A stretch of 64,000 bases of DNA from assembly GCA_038329895.1 (NCBI GenBank), contig JBBQNM010000004.1:1115-65114 (forward strand), read 5' to 3'. The notes beneath the pieces were generated by a model. That model saw nothing but the letters and a program-made list of their open reading frames with translations, searched no databases and was not told the DNA's origin. Shown here piece after piece: positions 51,061 through 60,233 of the stretch. The DNA is from Solirubrobacterales bacterium. Lineage in GTDB: Bacteria > Actinomycetota > Thermoleophilia > Solirubrobacterales > 70-9. The position numbers and the translations under genes were made by a program. The number at the start of each line of letters is the position of its first letter. The stretch's first letter is position 1.

Positions 51061-51901
51061 CCTCCTTGATTTGCTTGATCGCTTGGTCCTGTACCTCTGC
51101 CCATCCGGTCTCCTCGACGCTCTCGAGGGCGTAGAGGTCGGCGGTAAGTCCACCATCGACCATGATGTCGGTGCCGTTCAGGCCCGAGGCGCGATCGGAG
51201 ATAAGAAACGTGCAAGTCGCCGCAACCTCTTCGACATTGACCATTCGGCGGATCGGCGAGCGGCGCCAGTCGCGCAGAATCTGACTGAGAGGTGGCGCGT
51301 CCTCCACGGTGTCCTCTGCCATCGGCGTGCCCTCTACGTAGCCAGGGCTGACCGTGTTGCAGCGTACGCCCAAAGGTCCTAGGTCGATTGCGAGCGATCG
51401 AGTGAGGCCGAAGAGTCCGGCTTTGGCCGTGTTGTAGGGGGCGTTGGTTGCCTCCGCGAGGTGCCCATCGACCGATGACATGTTGACTATCGATCCGCTC
51501 TCGGCCCGAGCCATGACCCGCCCAACGGCCTGCGATACGAAGAACACCGCTGAGAGGTTGGTCGAGATCACCGAATCCCAGGCGTCTCGGGACATCTCCA
51601 GCGAATGGGCCACCTCGAACACACCCGCGTTATTGACGAGGCCGTCGATCCGACCCCATTCCTTAACTGCTCGCTCGACCGCGCCATCGATGTCCTCCTG
51701 CTGAAGGACATCTGCGCGCATCGCGACTGCCTCCCCCCCGGCCCCTACGATGCTCTCCTTTGTCTCCTCGAGCGTCTCGGCGGTCCTGCCGAGCAACAAC
51801 ACTGCGGCACCCTCACCGGCAAGATCTCTCGCGACTCCCGCACCGATTCCAGTCCCGGCCCCGGTGACGATCACCGTGCGCCCGTCTAGTTGGCCGCCCA
51901 C
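51047..51901 (-). CDS. SDR-family oxidoreductase
   Basis: VIVTGAGTGIGAG, NNAG and YNTAKAG motifs. Start uncertain (GTG 51901 or TTG 51949). Confidence 0.8.
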   Translation of the reverse strand: MGGQLDGRTVIVTGAGTGIGAGVARDLAGEGAAVLLLGRTAETLEETKESIVGAGGEAVAMRADVLQQEDIDGAVERAVKEWGRIDGLVNNAGVFEVAHSLEMSRDAWDSVISTNLSAVFFVSQAVGRVMARAESGSIVNMSSVDGHLAEATNAPYNTAKAGLFGLTRSLAIDLGPLGVRCNTVSPGYVEGTPMAEDTVEDAPPLSQILRDWRRSPIRRMVNVEEVAATCTFLISDRASGLNGTDIMVDGGLTADLYALESVEETGWAEVQDQAIKQIKEDAGE

Positions 51902-52005
51902 GCAAGCCCCCTTGTGTCCATGGACGCAGGCGGTGCCGCGCTTGCGCAAGTGGGAACAACGCTAGCTCTACTCGTCAGCTGCAACACCGAAATCCTACCA
52001 CGTTA

Positions 52006-52017
52006 ACAAACGTTTGT
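52006..52017. promoter_or_regulatory. perfect palindrome ACAAACGTTTGT, operator candidate (site 1 of 3)
   Basis: Lies upstream of the SDR operon start. The AACGTTTGT core is shared with 56814-56826 and 61486-61501. Confidence 0.5.
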
Positions 52018-52048
52018 AAGCCATCGGAGCCGCGTGTGCTCCTCGGCG

Positions 52049-52882
52049 TCAATCACCGACTTGGAGGGCATCCTGGACACGCAGAAGCTCGCGCATCGCC
52101 TCGAAGTGACGATCTGCCTCCTCGGGGTTGTCCTCATGGCGAAGTTGGGCGATCTCCGCCTCAGAGAACCGCCGAAGAGTTTGGCCGGTCGACATGGCGA
52201 GTACCTGGGTCTGACAGGCCCGTTCCAACAGGTAAAGATCGAGGTAGGCCTGCTGGATCGTCCGGCCGACGACCACGACGCCATGCCCGGCGAGTATCAC
52301 CGCGTCGTTCTCGCCCAGCGCATCCGCGATGACTTCTCCCTGGTCGTTGCCGGCGAGGCCGTCATACGAATCGGTCCAGGCAAGCCGGCCGGCGAAGTCC
52401 ACCGACACCTGAGATGCAGTGAGGAGCTTCGGCTTATCCAGAACGCTCAGCGCAGTGGCATATGGCGGGTGAGTGTGGAGGGCACACACAGCGTCCGGTC
52501 GCGCGCGGTGGACCGCTTCATGAATCCGGTATCCGATCCAAAAGAGTTCGGTGGCATCCTCTGAGACCTCATCCCGCCCCGCTGTCAAAACCAGTGAGTC
52601 CGGCCAGACCACGGACCAGTGCTGATCGGACGGCGTGATCAACATCTGCCGCGCATCGAGCATGGCCGAGAAGTGATTCCACGTCCCTTCGGCAAGACCG
52701 TCGTAGATCGCCATCTGGTGGGCGGCTGCTAGATCCCTCCGAGCTTGACCCTCTGAGGGGTAACTCACCGCCTGCTCTCTTCCGCGAGGGTTCCCGATTG
52801 GAACCGAGCCCGTGTCCGATGCAGCTCGATGCGACCCCTCGAACAGGTGCCGGATCGTATGAGCATGTGCGCGCGAGATCAT
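52049..52882 (-). CDS. class II aldolase/adducin-family protein
   Basis: ALHTHPPYATALS, ILAGHGVVVVGRT blocks. ATG at 52882. Upstream codons of the tracked ORF overlap the binding-protein gene. Confidence 0.8.
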   Translation of the reverse strand: MISRAHAHTIRHLFEGSHRAASDTGSVPIGNPRGREQAVSYPSEGQARRDLAAAHQMAIYDGLAEGTWNHFSAMLDARQMLITPSDQHWSVVWPDSLVLTAGRDEVSEDATELFWIGYRIHEAVHRARPDAVCALHTHPPYATALSVLDKPKLLTASQVSVDFAGRLAWTDSYDGLAGNDQGEVIADALGENDAVILAGHGVVVVGRTIQQAYLDLYLLERACQTQVLAMSTGQTLRRFSEAEIAQLRHEDNPEEADRHFEAMRELLRVQDALQVGD

Positions 52883-52922
52883 CTGCGATCCATCATGGCG
52901 TTGCGCTGTAACCGAGACATCC

Positions 52923-54065
52923 TCAGCCACCCCACGCCTTCGTGTACATCGCCTCGAAGTCGACTGGGGATTGGCTTGCTCCGGTCTTGGGGAGGTTGTG
53001 TGTTGCGTCGATGAGCTGGTGTCCTTGCCCGGTCGCAACCGGTTTTTCTCCGGCGAAGATGCGGCCGAGGGCATCAATGGGAGCCCAGCCTCCATCCCAG
53101 GGCACCGGCCAAGCGAAAGCGAAGCCGTTTGCACCTTGTCGGATGAGATCTAGTCCGGCCTCACCCCCCTCACCCATGAACGTGAGGATCTTCGATTCCC
53201 TGCCTGAGGAGCGAACCGCCGGATAATCCTCTAGGGCCGTCGCTTCGTATGGGTTCAGAAGCGTGTTGACCTGCGGATCCTTCGCGAGTTCCTGCTCAGC
53301 GATCCCCTGAAGGCGCGATCCGTACGCCGAAACCGGAATCCGGACCATGTTGAGAGTGCATCCAGCGCACTTCGCGTAGATCTGCTGAATCGCAGTCACG
53401 AGCGGGTCGATGGACGGCGTGTCATCCATGAGTGCCAGTGCATGGGATTGACCGTTGAACTTATCGACGGCGTACTGAGCTGAAGCTCTCGCAAAGGCTG
53501 CGGACTGTTGTTCGTAAGTTTCCCCGTGGCCGTAGTGGATCACGTAGCTGAACAGCGAAGGTGCGCCGGGAGAGGTCTCGTTGCAGTCACGACTCTCGGC
53601 GGCCACGACTGGCACGCCGGCCTTCTTGGCATCCTCCAACCCCGCCTTGAAATATTGACAATCGACGAAGAACGAAATGATGCCGTCAGCGCCTTGCGCG
53701 ACGGCCTGGCGGACGCCTTGAGAAGCGGAGGGATAGTCCAGCTTGGCGTCAAAAAGCGTGATCTTCCAGCCTCGCAACTCGGCGGCCTGCTGCGCCGCCT
53801 CCCATGCGGTGGAGCAGGCGGTGACCTGCTGTCCGCAGGAGATGAAAGCAATCTTCTTCTGGCCCGGGGGAGTACTGGGGCTGCTCGTGGGCTCTTTAAC
53901 GAACGTTCCCTTGGGACGGAGCAAGTTGTTGACCTCGCCCTTCACGGTTTTCAGGTAGCTCGAGGACGACACACCTCCGCCCGAGTCATTCGACTTGCTG
54001 CCACACCCCACAAGCGCGACGAGCACAACCACGGCCCCTACCATTATTGCTCGATGTACTTTCAC
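52923..54065 (-). CDS. sugar-type ABC transporter substrate-binding lipoprotein (periplasmic-binding-protein type I)
   Basis: MKVHRAIMVGAVVVLVALVGCGS lipobox. KKIAFISCGQQ...GADGIISFFVD...GVPVVAAE pattern of RbsB-like binding proteins. Confidence 0.8.
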   Translation of the reverse strand: MKVHRAIMVGAVVVLVALVGCGSKSNDSGGGVSSSSYLKTVKGEVNNLLRPKGTFVKEPTSSPSTPPGQKKIAFISCGQQVTACSTAWEAAQQAAELRGWKITLFDAKLDYPSASQGVRQAVAQGADGIISFFVDCQYFKAGLEDAKKAGVPVVAAESRDCNETSPGAPSLFSYVIHYGHGETYEQQSAAFARASAQYAVDKFNGQSHALALMDDTPSIDPLVTAIQQIYAKCAGCTLNMVRIPVSAYGSRLQGIAEQELAKDPQVNTLLNPYEATALEDYPAVRSSGRESKILTFMGEGGEAGLDLIRQGANGFAFAWPVPWDGGWAPIDALGRIFAGEKPVATGQGHQLIDATHNLPKTGASQSPVDFEAMYTKAWGG

Positions 54066-54126
54066 TGTTTTACTCCTCCTTGCCTAAATGGTGTGCACTT
54101 TCGCGCCTGTTGATCGGAGACTGATT

Positions 54127-55200
54127 TCATGTCATCTCCAGCGTTCTGCCGCGACGCCTAGCGAGAGCGTTCGCGATTCCGACACCACCGATTAACGCCG
54201 CGCCATTGACCAAGCTATTCACGTATGAGTTGGCTCCCGCTAGGGTCAAGCCGTTGTTGAGAATTCCGAGAAAGACAACAGCCGTCACAGTCCCCCAAAC
54301 GTTCCAACGACCCGGGGTAATAGCGGAGGCACCGAGGAACACAGCTGCGTAGGCCGGAAGGATGTATGCAGGGCCCGCCGCCGGGTTTCCCGTTCCCGTC
54401 CTGGCAAGCAGCAACACTCCGGCAATCCCACAGAGTGCCCCGCTTATCAGGTAGGTCGAGAAGACCAAACGCTCGTTCCTCAAGCCGACCAGTCGGGCAG
54501 CAGCGCGGTTCGCTCCGACGGCATAGAGGCGGCGCCCGTATATCGTGCGCGAGAGGGTAAAGCTGATCACCAACGCGGTCAGGATCCCGACCCACGCAAG
54601 GTTGGGAACACTCAGCGTGTAGTCGGCGCCGAAATTGACAAGCCCGGATGGGATGCCGGTCACAATCGTGCTGCCGCCCGTCTTCCACTGCACGACCCCG
54701 CTGATCACGAGGGTCATTCCGAGTGTGGCGATGACCGAATTGATCCTCGCCTTCGTGATCAAGAGACCGTTGACGACCCCCACCGCAAGCCCTACTCCAA
54801 CCGCGGCAAGAATAGCCACCATGATTGAGCCCGAGCTCTGCACCGTCGTTGCGGCGAAAACAGCAGTTATGCCGGTCGTCGCGCCCGGCGTAAAGTCCCA
54901 AGTGCCACCAACCATCGGCACAAGCACGGCGATGGAGATCATCAGCAGCACGGCTTGATCGGCTGCGACGATCCGGAGATTGTCTGTCGTGGGGAAAGCG
55001 TCCCTCGTGCTCGGCAGGGCCCAGAAGAAGACGAGCAATGCAATGGTCAACACGACCAGCGCGTACGCCTCCGCCACTTCGGCAAGTCTGCCTTTCTTGA
55101 CCTTGGAGGATCCCGGCTCGCCGCCTCGCGAGTGTACGGCCCTCGGACTAAGCCTCTTCTCCGCATCAGCGTTCCGCTGCTTCGGCCGCGTCTCTATCAC
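54127..55200 (-). CDS. ABC transporter permease (RbsC/AraH-like, CUT2 family)
   Basis: 8-10 hydrophobic segments. ATGA overlap with the ATPase gene. Confidence 0.8.
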   Translation of the reverse strand: MIETRPKQRNADAEKRLSPRAVHSRGGEPGSSKVKKGRLAEVAEAYALVVLTIALLVFFWALPSTRDAFPTTDNLRIVAADQAVLLMISIAVLVPMVGGTWDFTPGATTGITAVFAATTVQSSGSIMVAILAAVGVGLAVGVVNGLLITKARINSVIATLGMTLVISGVVQWKTGGSTIVTGIPSGLVNFGADYTLSVPNLAWVGILTALVISFTLSRTIYGRRLYAVGANRAAARLVGLRNERLVFSTYLISGALCGIAGVLLLARTGTGNPAAGPAYILPAYAAVFLGASAITPGRWNVWGTVTAVVFLGILNNGLTLAGANSYVNSLVNGAALIGGVGIANALARRRGRTLEMT

Positions 55201-56765
55201 GCTGCCACCGGAGTTGGCCTATGTATGAGCTCTGTGACGTCATCCGCGCTCGTCGAGCTGCCGTCCAGCTCATGAGTGATGCGCCCAGAATGCAGCACCA
55301 AAATCCGGTTGCATACGCGCGCAAGCTCCTCTGGATCAGACGAAGTCATCAGGACACCAGCACCCTCGTCAACGGCCTGATCTATCAGGGTCCACAGGTC
55401 GGAGCGGGCCCCGATATCGATTCCGCGCGTCGGATCCTCCAGGAGCAGGATGCGAGGAGTCCGCCTCAACCATCGCGCGACGATGACCTTTTGCTGGTTG
55501 CCGCCGGAAAGGCTGGAAACAAGGGCCGCAGGCGAGCTGGCTACAACTCCGAAACGCTCGAGGTCTCGCGAAGCCTCGGCTCGTTCGGCCCGACGGCTAA
55601 GTCCAAACGCACGACGGTACCGATGCAGGGAAACGATGCCGAGGTTCTCTTCGAGAGAAAGGTCCGGAAAGATGCCGTCCGCGTACCGATCCGCAGGAAT
55701 GTAGGCGAGGCCAGCAGCAATTGCCAGATGCGGAGCACCGAGACGTAGTGCCTCTCCGTCCACCGAAACTTCGCCTGCCTCCAAGTTCTCGATGCCGAAG
55801 ATTTGCCGAAGCAGCTCCGTGTGGCCCGAGCCCACAAGACCGGCTAGGCCGACGATCTCCCCCGCATAGACACTGAGATCGACACCGTCAACGCAATTGC
55901 CGCAGAGGCCGGAGGCGCGCAAGACCGGGTTCTCATCGCCGCGGACACCCGGGCTGGGAAAGTAAGTCGCCAACGGCCTGCCCACAATCAATTCGCTGAG
56001 AGCACTCTCGGTGAACTCTTCTCGCCGCAGCGTTCCGGCGTTGCGGCCGTCTCTGAACACGGTGGCCCGATCAGCGAGGTTCATCACCTCGTCGAGGTGA
56101 TGCGAAACGAAGATGATCGTCTGGCCGGCGGCCGCATACCGCCGCAATGCATCAAAAAGCATCCGCACGTCTGCCGCCTCGAGTGTCGCTGTCGGCTCAT
56201 CGAGAATCAGGATGCGGTCGCGCGAGTCCTCGTCGTCCTGCAATGTTCGCGCGATCATCAGCGTCGTCCGGGCGGCGGGCGCCAGGTCCAGCATGAGCGT
56301 TTCCGGCTCCGCATCGACCCCGAAACGCTCAAGCGTCGCTCTGGTCCGCTCATGAAGCGCAGATCGACGAACCGAGGCCAGAGGGTTCCGCCCAGCATCG
56401 CGCTGGAGCTGCAGATTCTCGGCAACGCTGAGGCTGGGGAAGACGCTCGGCTCTTGGTGAACGAAATGCAAGCCGGACGCCCGAACGTCAGACGGCAGGT
56501 GCGCAGTCAAGTCGATCTCGCCACTAGGCATGTTGAGTGTCCCGGCATCCGCCTGGTAAACCCCCGCCAAGATCTTGATCAGCGTGGACTTCCCCGACCC
56601 GTTGCTTCCGAGGAGCGCGTGTATCTCCCCCTTTGCGACTCGCAGGTCAACGCCGACCAGAGACTTGGTGTCTCCGAAGGCCTTGGTCACACCTTCGATC
56701 GTTAGGTAATCGCGACTGGGTCGCGCGCCATTGCTTCGATGGCGGGGGTTCTCGCCGGCGTGCAT
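55197..56765 (-). CDS. sugar ABC transporter ATP-binding protein with duplicated NBDs (RbsA/MglA-like)
   Basis: Walker A GSNGSGKST, signature LSGGNQQKV, Walker B ILLLEDPTRGID. 522 aa, two-domain. Confidence 0.9.
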   Translation of the reverse strand: MHAGENPRHRSNGARPSRDYLTIEGVTKAFGDTKSLVGVDLRVAKGEIHALLGSNGSGKSTLIKILAGVYQADAGTLNMPSGEIDLTAHLPSDVRASGLHFVHQEPSVFPSLSVAENLQLQRDAGRNPLASVRRSALHERTRATLERFGVDAEPETLMLDLAPAARTTLMIARTLQDDEDSRDRILILDEPTATLEAADVRMLFDALRRYAAAGQTIIFVSHHLDEVMNLADRATVFRDGRNAGTLRREEFTESALSELIVGRPLATYFPSPGVRGDENPVLRASGLCGNCVDGVDLSVYAGEIVGLAGLVGSGHTELLRQIFGIENLEAGEVSVDGEALRLGAPHLAIAAGLAYIPADRYADGIFPDLSLEENLGIVSLHRYRRAFGLSRRAERAEASRDLERFGVVASSPAALVSSLSGGNQQKVIVARWLRRTPRILLLEDPTRGIDIGARSDLWTLIDQAVDEGAGVLMTSSDPEELARVCNRILVLHSGRITHELDGSSTSADDVTELIHRPTPVAA

Positions 56766-56813
56766 CTAGTCGGGTCCGCTCCCTCTCCTCTAAGCGTGAC
56801 CCTAACATGCTAA

Positions 56814-56826
56814 TTAACGTTTGTAA
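56814..56826. promoter_or_regulatory. operator candidate half-palindrome TTAACGTTTGTAA (site 2 of 3)
   Basis: About 50 nt upstream of the ABC-transporter operon start codon (56765). Shares AACGTTTGTAA with site 1. Confidence 0.45.
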
Positions 56827-56912
56827 AGGACCGGATTCGGGTCCGTCATGACCCGTTAGCCCGCGCGGTCAGGTCCGGATTACTCCCGGCGTTGGCTCGA
56901 AAGGAGAGAGCT

Positions 56913-57497
56913 TCAGTTCACGTCGAGCATGGCCGCGACCATCGTCCAAATCTGGTCCGCGACCTGCTCGGGAGACAGGCGCCCGTCAGGGCGATACCAG
57001 GTGATCACCCGCTCACAAATCGAAACGATCGAGAATGTTGCAACCGCAGGATCGATTTTGCTTTCCGGGGCCGCCTCTCTGATCAGACCCTCTATGAGCC
57101 TGACATATGCGTGTTGAGCGTCGCTCATCTTGCGGAGCTCAGACTCAGGGAGCAGCCGTTCGATCGTTCGCCGATTGCTTATCGCTTCATACGCCCAGGC
57201 CAGGTCAAAGTTCTCGATTTGGTAGAGGACGTGGCGGCGGACGATGCCGCGCAGCTGCTCGAGCGGTGGATCGTCGGCTGCGGGCTCCAGTACCGCCCGG
57301 AAGAACACCGCGAGGGAAGAGCGAAGAACCTCCGTCAAGATTGCTTCTTTCGAAGAAAAGTGGTTGTAGAGGGCCGGGGCTTTCACGTTGACCGCCGTGG
57401 CCAGATCTCTCATCGTCGACGCCTCGAATCCACGATCCGCGAACAAGTGGATCGCGGCGACGACGATGCGCTCACGCGGAGTCGAGCAGCCACCCAT
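56913..57497 (-). CDS. TetR-family transcriptional regulator
   Basis: RERIVVAAIHLFADRGFEASTMRDLATAVNVKAPALYNHFSSKEAIL HTH region. ATG at 57497 chosen. Confidence 0.85.
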   Translation of the reverse strand: MGGCSTPRERIVVAAIHLFADRGFEASTMRDLATAVNVKAPALYNHFSSKEAILTEVLRSSLAVFFRAVLEPAADDPPLEQLRGIVRRHVLYQIENFDLAWAYEAISNRRTIERLLPESELRKMSDAQHAYVRLIEGLIREAAPESKIDPAVATFSIVSICERVITWYRPDGRLSPEQVADQIWTMVAAMLDVN

Positions 57498-57603
57498 GAG
57501 ATCGACGGCTCCCTCAAGATCTTCAAGGGCGACGCGAACGAGCTCCTGCGATGACCCATCAAGCCAGGTCTGTTTCGGTGGGGACGGTTGGCTCACCTGA
57601 CTA

Positions 57604-59187
57604 TCACCTTGAAGCTGTAGACCCGACGTGAGCATCCCAGGTTCTCATAGTGATATCGCCCAGATCTCGCTTTCGGACCTTTCCCGCCCCGTCGCGGGGT
57701 AGTTCTCCGCGAATTTCGATGTACCGCGGAACCATGAAGCTCGGCAGATTCTGCTGACACCACGCGTAGAGCGCAGCCTCATTGACCTCGGGTATCGCCG
57801 CGGCTGGAACCACCACGGCCTTCACCTCCTCTCCTACGGCATCATCAGGAATGCCAAGCACGGAGCACTCAAGGATCGCGGGATGAGTGGCCAGAGTGTT
57901 CTCGACCTCCCAGGATGAGACATTCTCATTCCCACGCCGGATCGAATACTTCTTCCGGTCGATGAAGTAAACGAATCCCTGCCTATCGGTCCTGCCTCGA
58001 TCGCCGGTGTGAAACCAAAGGTTCCGCATCGCTTCTGCCGTGGCGGCATCATCGTTTTCATAGCCACGCATCAATACGTTTGCAATGCGTGGACGGGCGA
58101 CGATCTCGCCGACCTCCCCCGGCGGGCACAGGACATCGGACGCATCCGCGATCGCAATCTCCCAATCCGGACTCGGGAGGCCGCAGGAGCCGGGCGGGAA
58201 GTCCCGGCCGGGTCGCGGGAACACAAGCGGCTCTGCCTCACTCATGCCGTAGATATCGATCAGCCGGACACTGAATCGCTCCTCGAAGTCGCTATGCAGC
58301 CAGCGTGGAGTCGCGCCGATCAGACCTAACCGGAGCGACGATTCGCGCGGCCCCGAGCGTGCGTATAGCCACTCGGCGATGTTTCCGAATCCGCCGAAGA
58401 CTGTCGAATTCGTTTGCGCCACCTGATCCCAGAAACTCTTGACCGAGAACCTCTCGAAGAGGGCGACAGATGAGCCGGCGACGATTGCAGCAAGCACCAG
58501 GTCCACCTGCGCTCCCACGTGGTAGATGGGCATCCAGCAGTGGATGATGTCGGAGCCGTCGAGCTCCGCAGACCAGCAGACCCACCCAGCGCCGCGAGCC
58601 AGTGCGTTCTGCGGCACGATCGCCGCCTTGGACCGACCGACCGTCCCTGAAGTGAAGAGGATCTCAGCCGGGTCGCTCGGTCGGATTTCATAGGCCGCCT
58701 GAGCGAGATCCAAGCCAGGCTTAACGACAGGAAGGGATGCACCACTCATCGCCGGCGGATCAAGTACGACGGCAGAAAAATCTTCTAGCCGGGACCCCAG
58801 CACTTCCGCGCCGTGCTGGTCCGTGATCAAGATCTGCGCTCGCGAACGGGTCAGAAGATCCTCGAGTAGAGGACCTTTATGTGCACGATTCAATGGCACG
58901 TAGGTTCTGCCTGAAACCAAGGTGCCAAGCCATGCGATGACAGCTTCCGGCCGGTTGGGGAGAAATCCGGCAACTCTTCCTGACGGTTGCGTCCGAAGCC
59001 ACCCAGCGAAGCCACTCATTTCGTCCAGCGCTTCCGCGTACGTCCAAGTCTTCCCTGCATAGGAGAGAAACGGAGCATCAGGGGTGGCCCTCTTTCGCCG
59101 CACGAGAATTTCTGGGACGGTCAGCTGGGACGATCCAACGAGCCTTTCGGCATAGTTGATTGGGACTTGATCTTCAGTCATGGTCAT
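57604..59187 (-). CDS. AMP-dependent synthetase/ligase (acyl-CoA synthetase family)
   Basis: ILFTSGTVGRSKAAIV (AMP-binding motif), WFHTGDRGRTD, GKVRKRDL. Candidate ATGs at 59208, 59187 and 59181. Confidence 0.85.
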   Translation of the reverse strand: MTMTEDQVPINYAERLVGSSQLTVPEILVRRKRATPDAPFLSYAGKTWTYAEALDEMSGFAGWLRTQPSGRVAGFLPNRPEAVIAWLGTLVSGRTYVPLNRAHKGPLLEDLLTRSRAQILITDQHGAEVLGSRLEDFSAVVLDPPAMSGASLPVVKPGLDLAQAAYEIRPSDPAEILFTSGTVGRSKAAIVPQNALARGAGWVCWSAELDGSDIIHCWMPIYHVGAQVDLVLAAIVAGSSVALFERFSVKSFWDQVAQTNSTVFGGFGNIAEWLYARSGPRESSLRLGLIGATPRWLHSDFEERFSVRLIDIYGMSEAEPLVFPRPGRDFPPGSCGLPSPDWEIAIADASDVLCPPGEVGEIVARPRIANVLMRGYENDDAATAEAMRNLWFHTGDRGRTDRQGFVYFIDRKKYSIRRGNENVSSWEVENTLATHPAILECSVLGIPDDAVGEEVKAVVVPAAAIPEVNEAALYAWCQQNLPSFMVPRYIEIRGELPRDGAGKVRKRDLGDITMRTWDAHVGSTASR

Positions 59188-60067
59188 GCTCCGGCGAAGC
59201 GCTGCCATGCTCCGGCGAAGCGCTGGATACGACGCTCGCCATCCACTCGCCTCGAGCTGCATGCAGGGCCCACTCTTTCCGGGAGGCCGGGAGACCAAGG
59301 TCCAGGTCGATCGGCGTCAATGCGAAGGCTCCGTCGGCGATTGCGCCGAAGTCGGTTTCCGCCGTAGACTCGAAGGGCGCAGGCGGATCACCAGGACTAC
59401 CGAACGTCAGATATCCGTTTGTCCCTTGCGGATCAGACGGGCTAGCCGGCCGCAGACTGCCGCGCCGGTAGTACCGCCGACCTGGGCGGCAAACACGAAG
59501 CGGAGCGTTCCGAGAGTCGGGCGGTGCGTTGAGGTTGAGCACCGCGCGGTCATCGGGCGGTTTTTTGAGAATCGCTTCCGCGAGGCGAGCAGCGGTTGCT
59601 GCCGTCGCCGCATAGGTCCCGCGCTCGCTGACCTCGAAGATGCCGAACTGATCGTCGCGGTCCTGCTGAGAGACAGCGAGCCCAGTACAACCGAGCAAAG
59701 CGCCTTCGATGGCGGCCCCGACAGTCGCCGAAAGTAACGCATCGTCGCCGAGATTCGGACCGAGGTTGATGCCCGAGATCACGACTTCGGCCAGTGGTGC
59801 GACGTCTGCAAGCAGACCTACTCGAACGCAATCAACCGGGCTTCCGCTGCACCGCCAACGTCGGATTGCTCCGACTGGGTCGATCTCCTCGATGGTCACG
59901 GGGGAGCTGAACGTCGCTCGCCGCGCCCAGCCACTGCGGTTTTCCGCCGGAGCTATGACGACAGCCTCAATCCCTGCAAGCTCAATCGCCACGACCATTT
60001 CATGTAGACCCAGAGCCGAGATCCCGTCATCGTTGGTCAGGAGGACGCGCGGTCCCTTACTACGCAT
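59174..60067 (-). CDS. surE: 5'/3'-nucleotidase SurE
   Basis: RVLLTNDDGISALG N-terminal signature, GINLGPNLG block. Confidence 0.85.
   Translation of the reverse strand: MRSKGPRVLLTNDDGISALGLHEMVVAIELAGIEAVVIAPAENRSGWARRATFSSPVTIEEIDPVGAIRRWRCSGSPVDCVRVGLLADVAPLAEVVISGINLGPNLGDDALLSATVGAAIEGALLGCTGLAVSQQDRDDQFGIFEVSERGTYAATAATAARLAEAILKKPPDDRAVLNLNAPPDSRNAPLRVCRPGRRYYRRGSLRPASPSDPQGTNGYLTFGSPGDPPAPFESTAETDFGAIADGAFALTPIDLDLGLPASRKEWALHAARGEWMASVVSSASPEHGSASPEHDHD
59185..59226. repeat. 21-bp tandem duplication at the surE stop / ligase start overlap
   Basis: CATGCTCCGGCGAAGCGCTGC (59185-59205) and CATGCTCCGGCGAAGCGCTGG (59206-59226). Confidence 0.85.
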
Positions 60068-60233
60068 GGATCACAGGGTCCATTCCGCTGGCTGGGCCAC
60101 GAAGGTTGCGCAAACCAGCATCGCATCCGCTGGCATCGGGGTGATCGATGAAGTCTCTAGCTTGAATCTCCGCTCGGCAACGCAGATCCCCATCCGGTCC
60201 AGAATTCCCATGTCGCCCTCTCGCCCGAAGCCC

